A stretch of 64,000 nt of DNA from Chrysomallon squamiferum (taxonomy: Eukaryota > Animalia > Mollusca), in the NCBI GenBank assembly GCA_012295275.1, contig CM022666.1, positions 5,270,001 through 5,334,000 on the forward strand, given 5' to 3'. Positions 1 through 12,327 of this stretch are shown one piece after another; positions within the stretch are counted from its first letter, which is position 1, and every line of letters begins with the position of its first letter. The position numbers and the translations under genes were made by a program. The notes under the pieces were generated by a model, which was given only the letters and a program-made list of their open reading frames with translations, ran no database searches and had not been told where the DNA came from.

Positions 1-2336
1 CCATATTTACCACTGTGAACAAGCAGTGCAACAGCGCTGGCTGCTACTAGCAGTAGCTTGTGGCAAGCGTTGTTATTTTTAGAATAAATGCCCTTGCAGC
101 GTTATTTTTAGAACAGTCTGCCAACCATGACGTAAGTAGCTAACATAGCCTGTATGTACTCTTTTTCACATCCCTTTGGCCTACTAGCCTACTTTGTAAG
201 AAATCAGGAAGTTAATTGTTCCAGCTTTGACTTTCAGTATTTTACTGAGCATGTAAGAGACAATACGCACATTGGATTTTCTTCTCAGAAGCAGCAATAA
301 ATTTTTTTTTCTCTACCTTATCAGTTAAAATGTCTCCAACGAAAAAGAGAAAAGTAGATGATGAATGCCGAGTTTTTAAGGAGGAATGGACATATCAATA
401 TTTTTTCACTGCGGTAAATGGTAAAGCAGCGTGTTTAATTTGTAATGAGGGAATATCAGTTTTTAAAGAATATAATTTGAAAAGACACTATAATACAAAA
501 CACGCTGGATACAGTGAAGGACTATCAACAGAGCAAAAGGTTAATAAAGCTGCTGATATGGTGAAAAATCTAATAAAGCAACAGTCGCTTTTTTCAAAGA
601 CACAATCCATTCGCATTTCAGCAACAGAAGCTAGTTTTTATATTAGTTACAAAATTGCACAATGCAAAAAACCTTTTTCTGATGGAGAATTTGTAAAAGA
701 CTGCATTGTGGATGCGGCACGCATACTTTGTCCAGAAGCACAGAATAAATTTGAGAATATTGCACTATCAAGGAATACAGTTATGAGAAGGGTACAAGAT
801 ATCAGCAAAGATTTGTCCCAACAGCTTCACACTGCTTGCACTGATTTCATGTGGTTTTCATTAGCTCTGGATGAAAGCAATGATGTTCAGGACATTGCAC
901 AACTCATGATATTTATACGTGGTATCAAGTCAGATTTTACAATTTCAGAGGAGTTGTTATCAGTTGAACCTTTAAAAGGCACAACTACGGGGGAAGACCT
1001 GTGTAAATGTGTAATAAAGTGTGTGGAGGAGGCTGGCCTGCCGAGGAATAAATTGGTGAGTATCACTACTGACGGTGCACCTGCTCTAACTGGAAAAAAC
1101 AAAGGCATGATTAGCCTCCTACAAAAGAAGATTAAAGAAAACTGTCCTCAGCATGAAATATGGAAATTTCATTGTATCATTCATCAAGAAAGTTTATGCA
1201 AGTCAGCTCTGGATTTTAATCATGTGATACGTCCTGTAGTTGAAGTAGTTAATCTACTCAGATCCAGACCATTATCACACAGACAATTCAAGACATTACT
1301 GGATGATATTGAGACTGAATATAAAGATGTGCTATATCACAATAGTGTTCGGTGGCTTAGTCATGGGAAAGTTCTAAGAAGAGTCTTTGAACTAAGAGAC
1401 GAAATTCTCCTTTTCCTTGATATCAAACAAATGAAATGTTATTTTATAGAGAAGATGAAAAATGATTACTGGCTTTGTGATTTTATGTTTGCCACTGAAA
1501 TGTTTGAAAAGCTCAATTCTCTAAATTTGGAATTGCAAGGAAAAGGATTATTTGTGCATGATATGTACACCAAAGTAAAGCTTTTGAGGCAAAACTCTCA
1601 CTTTTTGCCAAACAGATATCAGAATGTAATTTTATTCATTTTTTTCTTTGCTAAGGAAGGCAACAGTAGATAGTAAACTTGCTGAAAAATACAGCAATCA
1701 ACTCTGCATCTTGAAACAAGAATTCCAAAGAAGATTTTCAGACTTCAGAGTAATGGATTCATCATTTAATATACTTGTTTCACCCTTCAGTACAGAAATT
1801 GAGACAGCCCCTGATGTTCTTCAGCTGGAACTAATAGATCTACAAGCTAATAATGAGCTGAAAATGAAGTTTAGGAATATGCCTTTGGTAGAATTTTTCA
1901 AATATTTGCCTGCTGAAAAGTTTATCAATCTACGAGGTTTTGCTGCTAGGATGCTGTGTATATTTGGATCAACTTATATTTGTGAACAGACTTTTTCATG
2001 CTTAAATCAAACAAAGTCAAAAAACAGATCAATATTGTCAGATGCAAATTTACAAGCAATTATGAAAGTTTCGACAACTAGTTTTACTCCAGACTTTAAA
2101 AGGCTTGTTCAAAATTGTGGACAGTTGCATTTATCTCATTGATATATAAATCTTTTATTAAATACAAGTGTAAACAAGATGGTGTTATTTATTGTTATTC
2201 TACTACAATAATATATATTTTAATAAAGATGGCAACCAGTTACGACAAATTTTACGTAAATTTTATTTAATCCGGCCCTCCAGTGGCAAGAAAGTTGCAA
2301 ATTTGGCCCTCTGGTAAAAAAGTTTGGCCACCCCTG
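1..2336 (+). mobile_element. hAT DNA transposon, Buster/Charlie (SPIN/GTF2IRD2-like) family; 5' end lies outside the window
   Basis: Encodes the transposase. The 3' terminus aaaaagtttggccacccctg ends at 2336 (reverse complement CAGGGGTGGCCAAAC, a typical hAT TIR). It is followed by ctaTAgtg, which fits the Buster nnnTAnnn target pattern. Confidence 0.88.
330..2142 (+). pseudogene. Buster/GTF2IRD2-like hAT transposase, interrupted by two -1 frameshifts
   Basis: Contains a BED-like zinc finger (CLIC...LKRHYNTKH), SLALDES, ITTDGA, HCIIHQE, VRWLS and the C-terminal hATC motif FGSTYICEQTFS...RS.LSDANL. A third frame at 1580-1645 (AFEAKLSLFAKQISECNFIHF) bridges the two ORFs. Confidence 0.9.
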
Positions 2337-2790
2337 CTATAGTGCATAGCTGGAGTTTATTAGGACATTTGAAATTAGATAATGTAGATGTTCTGGATTA
2401 AATTCTTTATAATTTATTTAGAGTTAGACTGTTGAATAGTGACTAGTTAATAGTCAGTTGTTACGTTTTCCTTTGTTTCTGTTCATGCACGTACATCATA
2501 TGTACTTGACGTAGTCTAGTTTCTGTCATAAAAACAACTCACGGCAAACTGAACAAAGCGAAACAAATTTAATAGATTAGTGTGCGTTTGTGTGTGTGCG
2601 TGCGTGTGCGTGCGTTTGTGTGTGTGAGTGACTTGCTTGTATTGTATTGTTTTTTCGTTATTATTGGTTTTTTTTTTTTTTTGGTTTTTGTTTGTTTGTG
2701 TGTTGTTGTTTTTTATGTTTTTAATACTCTATAAATCCATACATTTTGTTATCTAAAAATTGTTACTTTTTTTCCAGCCACTGAATCAAC

Positions 2791-2793
<3 letters not shown>

Positions 2794-2884
<91 letters not shown>

Positions 2885-3169
2885 AGACATGAAAAATAGA
2901 GATGATGGAATAATAGAAAGAAAAAATAGAGAAGAAAAAAAAAGAAGGTAGAAAAAGAAAGAATTTAACCAATTATGAGAAAAGGTTTTATCAAATATAT
3001 TTTTATAATTGTAAGTGCTTTTTTCTGAGTTGTGTTGATGTGAGAACGCAAATTATATTTGTACACAACTGAGCGTGTTTAATAACCTTAAAGACACTAA
3101 TAGAAGTAATATTTTTTGTTATATTTGTTTAAATTTTAATTATCTGTTTTTATAATTTACTTTCACCGG

Positions 3170-3236
<67 letters not shown>

Positions 3237-3555
3237 AGCAATCGTAATATTAATAATAACGAGAACTACAACAATAAAAACAAGTAATAAATGCACGAAG
3301 TTTATTTGTGAACACTATGTAACTTTTTTTTTCTTTTTTTCTTACAGTCGCGACCAATCAAAATGTGATTTGAAGTACAACGCGTCATCGGAAAAAACCC
3401 AGTTTCTCGGAAACTTAATTTTCTGTTTCGGTAAGGAAAATGAAGTAGAAGGCAATATATATTTTTGCAAGATTTGTCATTACTTTCAACAAGTCTTATT
3501 TTAATTGTTTTATAACAGGTGATTACAAGAGAGAGAGAGACAGAGAGAGAGACAG

Positions 3556-3636
<81 letters not shown>
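2794..3636. repeat. Cluster of (AG)n microsatellites (about 2794-2879, 3173-3235, 3528-3636)
   Basis: Directly visible dinucleotide runs. Confidence 0.95.
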
Positions 3637-3640
<4 letters not shown>

Positions 3641-4824
3641 GTGTCTGTGTACTATTGATGGTCTGTGTTCAGTAAATCTGTACAGTGGATGTTCTACAAA
3701 CAGTGAATGTGTAGCAGAGATGTTCTATGTAAACTGAATGTGTGATGTATTCAGTGAATAAATATTTACATATTATTGATTTTCTATATAAACTGACTGA
3801 CGAAAGTTAAATGATCACTGATTGGTTTATAATGAATAATACAAGTTAAATGGGTGATCCAGTTAAAAAGGATTTTGTTTATACAGTATGTACTCATGCA
3901 TTAAAATTATCAGAGTAATAAATGTTTATATATACGTTACTTTTAAAATTTCCTGTACAATTTTTATAATGAACAATCAGTTTATAGCATTTTTTTGTTT
4001 TATCAGAATAAGAATTTTCTTTTTAGAAGCATTTCAGAATCGTAAATATTATGATTATTAATTTTATTATGACTATCATAATTATGATTAACTTTATTAC
4101 CACTATCATCTTCATCATTATTACTACTGCTATATTATTACTATATAATCATGATTACTAGTATTATTCTTTCTATTACTCCTGCTATTTATATTCGTTC
4201 TACTACTACTACTAATTTATTAAATTTCCCATCATCATCATCATTATAATTAGTATTGTTTGCTGCTGTCGTTGTTGTTAAATAAAGACTACTCTATTCG
4301 AGGTCACAGTAAGGATTCAAGAAAGCTAAAGAAACACAACACGGAGGTTCACCTTTCTTATTTATTCTTACAATGACCTTGACATGCTGACTGCTTATAG
4401 GAATGCCGGCGCCACTATTATTTTTACTACGATGTTTTTGACAATCCTACACACCACTCTCTTCTTTATATGTTTTTCCTTGTGATTGGCACTGGATGAC
4501 TTCCAGCGCATTCTGGAATGTCAAAAAGTTCGTGGGGAAACAATTCTCAGCATGTGATAGTAGTATTATATCAATAGTAAAATGTATCGAACACGTGAAC
4601 AGAAGTAACGCTATACATTAGAGGCAACAATAACAACAACCACAACATCAGATTTATTTATTTATAACAATGAAAATGCATTCGTACTTTCTCGATCTGT
4701 CTGTTAGTAATACGGTTGACATAACTTTATCAACTTAATAACAGAATATACCTGAGATAATAATAAATATTTTTATTTAATTTAAGGTTATAAAATGTAT
4801 GTAATATATGTCTATGTGTCTATG

Positions 4825-4880
4825 CAGTGTCGACAGCTCCAATATGGAAAAGAACAAAACTTTCTTGCTGTCTTCGTGCT
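4825..4880 (-). pseudogene. Decayed fragment of the TNF last exon (ASYIGAV region)
   Basis: Reverse-complement paralog of the 31820-31945 fragment (acagctccaat... matches the IGAV codons). Confidence 0.5.
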
Positions 4881-5654
4881 AAAGAATAATATGCTAAAAT
4901 TATCTGTGAGTATTCAAAGCCTGACAAACATAAAAATGCCTTCACTGGTAATATCGATGAATTGAGCGAACATCTGCTATAAACTTTATTTATTTATTTA
5001 TTTATTTAATTATTTAATTATTTGTTTATTTGTTTCTTTATTTTTATTTGTTTATTTTACTGTATTTGTTTTATTTCATTTCATTTTATTATTATTTTTT
5101 GTTAATTAATTTATTTATTTCACTTTACTTTTTATCACTTTTTATTTATTTTACGGTATTTTACTTTATTTATTTATTTAACTAAACAATTAATATTTCA
5201 TATTTCTTTGTGTTTTAAACTGAATTTTAATTTTTCTATATTTTTCGTTTTATAAAATAAAAGCTATTACCTTGCAAATGAACCCACCTAGCTAGACATT
5301 AAAAAAAAAGAAGAAGGGTATTCGTGTTCATTTTCATTTTCAACAACAGTAACAACAACAACAACAACAAATTTATTTAATAATAATAATGGATTCAAAC
5401 TTTGTAAATCCGTCTATTAGTAATTCGGCTGACGTAAGATCCATTTATAGCCCAGTTGAGGAATAAAATGAGAATTTATTTCACATCTGAAATGTTCTTT
5501 GGAGGAAAAAACAAAGCTGTACATAGCGATAATGTATACTTATTCAAAAACACTGGCAAGTAGTCAAAGAAACCTATTAGACTATCAAACTTATTTTAAA
5601 TAATATGTATGTGTGTGTGTCTGGGTATGTATGTGTGTGATTGTGTGTGAGTGT

Positions 5655-5686
<32 letters not shown>

Positions 5687-6217
5687 AACAAATTTCGTGG
5701 TATCAGATAGCAAGGTTTACATCAGGAGGATTATCTGTTCCAGTACACATCGCTGTGCTGTCATATTGGATTTCAGTGGTGAGTATTTGTAACCAGTGAT
5801 TTACTAAGCATCCGTGAAATTTGATAAATCAAACTTGGCATTTTGTAAAGAGAAACCTTTGCTTTTTTTCTTCTTTTTTTTGACATCGCATAGGTTCATC
5901 ATCAATGTAAATATATCTTGGTATTATTTATTTTACTTTTTTTTTTCTTTGTAAGAATATTACATAGAACTATATGTACGTGTGTATATTTTGTGTGAGT
6001 TTGTCTTTGTAATATTTATTATTTTATTTATTGATATAACCATTGTTTGAAACTTTTATATTTGTGTGTATGTACAAGTGTATATTTTTGGATTGCTGAA
6101 ATAATGTGTTATATAAGTGTGTGTATGTTGTGTCTGTGTACGTGTGCGTGTGTGTGTATTTATCTTGTTATTATTTATTACTAATAACATTTTTTTTCTT
6201 TTGGTCGTGTTTTACAG

Positions 6218-6389
6218 ATTACTTCTAAAGGAATTAAAAATTGTTACACAAAATGAAATCAGTTCTTGCTGTCATTGCCATTTCTCTTATGGTACTAAAC
6301 TTGATACTCATCAGTTTCATTGTATCTGTAACATTAAACGAATTTCTGAACAGAGAAACCAGCTTGTTGTTTGACAAGGAACTGTGTGT
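6218..6389 (+). pseudogene. Truncated TNF-ligand first coding exon
   Basis: Acceptor tttacag|6218, ATG at 6253, reading MKSVLAVIAISLMVLNLILISFIVSVTLNEFLNRETSLLFDKELCV. It then breaks into unrelated repeat sequence, and no downstream exons follow. Confidence 0.8.
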
Positions 6390-6715
6390 AATAGTATACA
6401 CGTGTGTATAAAATGACTTTGCAGGTTTACCACAATTCACGTTTACCTAACTTAATTATTTTTACCCAGTAAGTTGAAGAAGTAGAATTCCACTCACATT
6501 ATAGTACTATTATATATCGGTTAGTATCACTTACAGAAAACGAGAATAGAAGTCACGCTGTAGTTCAGGGGTACGCGAGGAATTTAGTCCGGCCTGTCAA
6601 CTGAACACTTCGACACCAATTATTACATTAACTTTCTTTTTTCTTTAAATCTCCAGATCAAAACAGCCTTGTTTCCTATCATCCCTTTTTGATGCTCAGT
6701 ATAGAAGTTAAAATT

Positions 6716-6802
<87 letters not shown>

Positions 6803-8538
6803 TGCGCTGTATTCAGTGAATACATATTTAAATATTACTGGTTTTCTGTATAAATTAACTGATGAAAGTTAAAAGTTCACTGATTAGTTTACAATGAATA
6901 ATACGAGTGGATGATCCAGATAAAAAGGATTTTCTTTATATAGTATGTACTCATGCATTGACATAATTAGAGTAATAAATGTTTATATATACGTTACATT
7001 TAAAATTTGATAATTTTCATAATAAGCAATCTGTTTAAAGCATTTTTTTGTTTTATAACAATAAGAATTTTCTTTTTAGAAGCATTTCAGAATCGTAAAG
7101 ATTATGATTATTAATTTTATTATCATTATCATCATTATTAATTTTATTATGACTATCATAATTATCATTAACTTCATCACCACTATCACTTTCATCATTA
7201 TTACTACTGCTATATTATTACTATATAATCATGATTACTAGTATTATTCTTTCTACTACTCCTACTATTTATATTAGTGCTGCTGCTGCATATTTGTCAT
7301 TATTATCATCATCATCATTACAATTAGTATTGTTTGCTGTTGACATTGTTGTTAAGTAAAGACTACAGCGATACCTCTGGTCAGATGTTCATTATTTTTA
7401 TTACCTGGATATTTACTTTAAATGTAGTACAAATGTCTTGTTCTGAATTTATCATTTTCTTCTTTTTCTTCTTTTCTTTTTTGAATATCAAGTGAAATTA
7501 ATGAGAATATTTTTCAACTGACTTTTCACTTATAAAGCAGTCAGTGACATGATTTAATTTTTATTTTATGAAGCATAATTTGTGTACTTTATAGACAGTA
7601 AGTTAAATATTGCTGTTTTATAACCATGCACATATCATATACTTATATAGATACACCTACATACATGCACATTCACACACACGTATCATGATTAAGTTTT
7701 AATAATTATGCTGTCTTCAATGTCTATTTGCTTTGCTAACTGGAAAACCCGACAGTAACAATAGTTGCTAACTGAACATTTTTCGTATGAACTGAAGTTC
7801 ATTCATTATCTTTAAAAGTAATTCTACCCGAGCAGTGTTTATAAACAGTTTTTTGCTAAGTGACTCAGCTGATAAACACAATGCACGGCCCACGTATTTC
7901 CTCTGAGTCCCTATGACCTACAATGACGTCACTGCCTGTGAAACGTGGATCTAAGTTGTGATTACCACGATATATTAAATGTCTGTTTACTTCATTGGAA
8001 AACACTGCATGCCAGTCTGGCCTCCTCTCTGCAAAATGTTGCTGACCCTGGTTTTGTCCTGATACTATTAATAATAATAAGAAGAACTACAACAATAACA
8101 ACCCACTGGTCGTTTATTTTATGCTCTCGATCAGGTTTTATTTTCTCATATCCAATCAAAATGTGATTTGAAGGACAAAGCGTCATCAAAAAAATCCCCC
8201 ATTTCGTCAAGTTTTTTTCTTTTTCTGTTTATTTTCAGTACAATATTATAATCTTCTAATAATAAATCATTTATGTAACGAATAGATAGTAGAAGGCAAT
8301 ACATACTTTCGCAAGATTTGTCATTATTTTCCTATAGTCTTGTTTTAATTGTTTGAAAGAATATTCTGTTGTTTATGTAGTATCTCTTCCACGCTTGTCT
8401 GTGCGTGTGTGGGTGTGGCTTTATTTATTATTTTACTTGATATTTTATTGATATTTTTTGAAAGAATGTTATTTATGTGTGTGTCTTTATCTTGGTATTA
8501 TTGATTACTAATAATATTTTTATCATGTTTCTGTACAG

Positions 8539-8905
8539 ACTGCATCTAAAGGAAAATGAAGTCAATTCGTCTGATCATTGTCATTTCTCTTGTAATACTA
8601 AACTTGATAAGCATCAGTTTCATAAATGCATTAAATGCAACAATAACAGCAACACAAATGTTGTATGTAGAAATGGGTAAATTCTATATAAAAATATTAA
8701 ATAGTTCAGTTCATCATAAATGAAACTGAGAAGAAAGATCCATATACGTTTAATAATATAATATGTGTATGACGAAAAAGAGAAGTTCATTGTGCTAAAC
8801 ATATTTATTAATTTAAACGTGATTATTATGGACGATTTCCAAAGTCGTTATCAAAATTCTTTTTAGTAACTGAGAGAAAGTCAGACAAAAGCTGATAAAA
8901 GTGAT
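8539..8905 (+). pseudogene. Decayed TNF-ligand copy: internally deleted first coding exon plus degenerate 37-nt exon
   Basis: Reads MKSIRLIIVISLVILNLISISF and is fused directly to intron sequence (cataaatgcatta). The 37-nt exon remnant at about 8867-8903 has lost its donor site. Confidence 0.7.
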
Positions 8906-10130
8906 GTTAACACAGACACATACACAAACACAAATATAAACATACACGCAAACATACACATTTATTTTATACATAGACACAAACACAGACAGACAAACAC
9001 AATCATGTAATCTGTCACAACAATCACATACGGGTTAATACAGAACAGAAAACAGATACATAACTAGTTGCACAGTGCGTTCAGTGGACAGCGACCGTTA
9101 CCCTGGAAACAAACAAAAAATCGTTTATGAAAAAGCAAAGGCACTCGCGTTATTTTTCAACATATTAATGTTCTTTGATTATAAAGATGATGGTTTAGTC
9201 TGATGTTCCACCCAATATCACGAAGACATTCTGTCGCAGTATAACAGATTTTATTACCATCCATATTGCTATGAATCACTTCCATATTAAACATACTAAA
9301 ACAAGCTGGAGAATATATAGTGAAACACATTTTAACATGGAACATTTTATAAATCATTTACAACAGGAAGCTCTTAGTTTAAATCTATCCTAATCAGGAA
9401 GCTGGACCCAAGCATCACCCCTGTACAATATGAAGACTCTTTCTTTAATCCTGCCTAATTAATAAGTGTAACAAGTCACCACCCCTGCACAGTATGAAAC
9501 CTCTTTCTTTAATCTAACCTAACTGACCTAATCAGTAAGCTTAACAATTACCCCATGTAGACTATGATTCCAGATTCAATACTCTATAAATTCATATATT
9601 TTGTTATATAAAAAATGTTACTTTTTTTCCAGCCACTGAATCAACAGTCATGATACAAGTGACATTTACAAACAGAAGATTCTTCTGTCACAGGTGATAT
9701 TTCAGAGACATTTTATATTCCTGGCCCTGTAATAATAAATGGATCACTACACTTATTTATTCCGATTACGTGTAAGATGACAAATCCGGGCTGGAACTTT
9801 CCACTGTGTGATACACAGACTACATGTTTTCATTTTGTTGTGTATGATTTAGTTGACACAGGACTAGAAGTTAATCCGTACTCTTTATTTAACAATAACG
9901 ACAAAAGCAGTCGTAATAATAATAACATACACAACAACAACTATTACTATTATAGCAATAACAACTGTTATATGTAATTTATTTACGAACACTACGCATA
10001 AACTATACATTTAATAGCTTTGCTCATTTTATTACGTTGACTACGAAATATACAGCTAATAATTAAATACGAGAGAAGAAAAAACAATTAACCAATAAAT
10101 TCAAAGAAAGCAGGCGGCACTTCCTCTTAG

Positions 10131-10363
10131 CCAATCAAAATTTAACACCTGAGCAGGTAGACAATACGATAGATCTTTTCAAAAGTCGCAGGTATAAAAA
10201 TCAGCGACTTCTGTCAGTTCAGTCAAAGAGCTGACCTGTCAGATAGCGTGCCCGTCGTAGACGTGCTTCACAACAGCTTACTCTGATTAGCACGTTATTT
10301 TGTTTTCCACTTCACGGCAGAGAGAGCGTACTTGGCGCTGAAGTGCTTGATTTCATCATTTAG
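10131..10363 (+). promoter_or_regulatory. Putative promoter (CCAAT 10131, TATA 10193) and non-coding first exon of TNF copy 1
   Basis: ccaatc, tataaaaa and donor ttag|gtatgt at 10364. Homologous arrangement on - at about 30160-30415 and 57536-57616. Confidence 0.55.
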
Positions 10364-10374
10364 GTATGTAAAAT

Positions 10375-10630
10375 GTTTCACTTATTTCATAGCTTATATA
10401 TATTTATATCAAATTATTATAATTTTACTTAATTCATATATATATATTTATACAAAATTATAATTTCACTTTTTTCATAGGTTATATATATTTATATAAA
10501 ACATTCATAATTTATATATTTATACAAAATTTATAAGATTATATATATTTATATAAAATTATAATTTCACTTAATTCATAGATTATATATATTTATATAA
10601 AATATTAATTTCACTTACAATTTCACTATT
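10375..10630. repeat. About 39-bp AT-rich minisatellite at the start of intron 1
   Basis: Unit approximately ttcacttatttcataggttatatatatttatataaaattataat, about 6 copies. Confidence 0.8.
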
Positions 10631-12327
10631 TCATTTGTATAATATTATGTGATATTACACTAACTTGAAAAAACTGAATATCGCGGTTAAGAAAGTCACG
10701 GAATTCAAATTTGTTATTTCAATCAGAGCTCCGCTCTTTTTTTTTTTTTTTTTTTTTTAAGCGATGAATTCAGGTTGCGTAACTTTAATTATTACTACAA
10801 TCACATCCGCTCCTTTTATTGTTTCCGCTAATTTTTCAACTCCATAGCGTTGTTATAAAAAGAGCTGCATTTTTGTAATGCAGATCGTTTAAAACAATAA
10901 AAAGACCATTGGCAAAAAAAAAAAAAAAAAAAAAAAAAAACAGGTTTGGACCACGTGGACCAGAATGAAGCAGCCAAAAAGAAACAACGACAGCAGCCAA
11001 GAGCAGAACAACCAGGACGGCAAACAACACGGACCCGGTGATGGCTGAGAGATTGTGCCGGAGACCACAGGGGGCGAATTTCGGCTGCGAAACATCTGTA
11101 CCGACTCGTCACGATCCGATATGCTGGACACTCCCTTGTGTCCTGCAATCGTGGCGAGAACCCATTCTTTTCCCTACCCAAAACTCTTTTCTGCGACGGA
11201 CGCGCCCGCTGACCTGTCAGAAGGCGTGCCCGTCGCAGACGTGCTTCACAACAGCTCGCTCTGATTAGCACGTTAATTTTTTTTCGTACGTTCGTTCGGT
11301 AATTAAAGTACTGCTGACGTGTCAGAAAGCGTGCCTGTCGTAGACTTGCTTGTTCTGATTACCACGTTAATTTTATTCAAGGTTCCAGGTTCAAAGGTAA
11401 TTAAAGAGAGACGCAAGCAGTCAAGACGAAATATCAGTCAGGCGGGGAAACCAATATTTTGTCTTCTTTCCCTGTATGACCTTTCTCGTATCATTAATCA
11501 GAATTACTTAAACGTCTGTTTTATGATTGTTTAATGTATTATTATCAAGTCACCTGTATATCATAATTAAATAATAAACGTGAACCTTAACTGGTGTTCT
11601 GTTTATTTCTCTAGTGGATAGATAGACTTATTCATTTATATAGATTGCTGTCAATTTAGCGTTTATATTCTTTGTTAGGTGGCCATTAAAACACAATGTT
11701 ACCCTAGACTGAGTCATAATAAAACATACAAGGTGTTTAATGATGTGAGCCACGTGACAGGAACATAAAAGTTGGGGCTCTCGTCCGGGATTTTTCAAAT
11801 AATTAATTTTGGGGTTCGTTTTCTAAAATTCTTATGGAAATATTTATTTAGATGTATTGAGTATTTTCTCAGTTTAATGACAGCTAATTTATATTTATAT
11901 CCACTTGAGAAAACACAACACAACAAAATAATAATGATATTAAAATAAATAAGTCAAAACGGAGAAATTATTATGGATTAAGATACATTGAACAATCCTA
12001 GTGTAACGTTTATCAAAAGAGCCAAGAGGGCTGAGCTATTAGAATTGAAAATATTCATAACAAACATTTCAACTGCCCAGTCAAACAAGACAGAGCAAAC
12101 CAGAGAAATTTTAACAGAGGCTTTGTTTGGCGATTCTATATATAACGAGAGTAGGGGGAGTAACTCCGAGTGTGGCAGAATCAGTATAGGTGTGTGCATA
12201 TTGAGTCTGTGTACAGGTGCGTGTGTGTGTATTTATCTTGGTATTATTTATTACTAATAGCATTTTTTTCTTCTTTTCGTCATGTTTTACAGACTACTTC
12301 TGAAGGAAATAAAAGTTGTTACACAAG

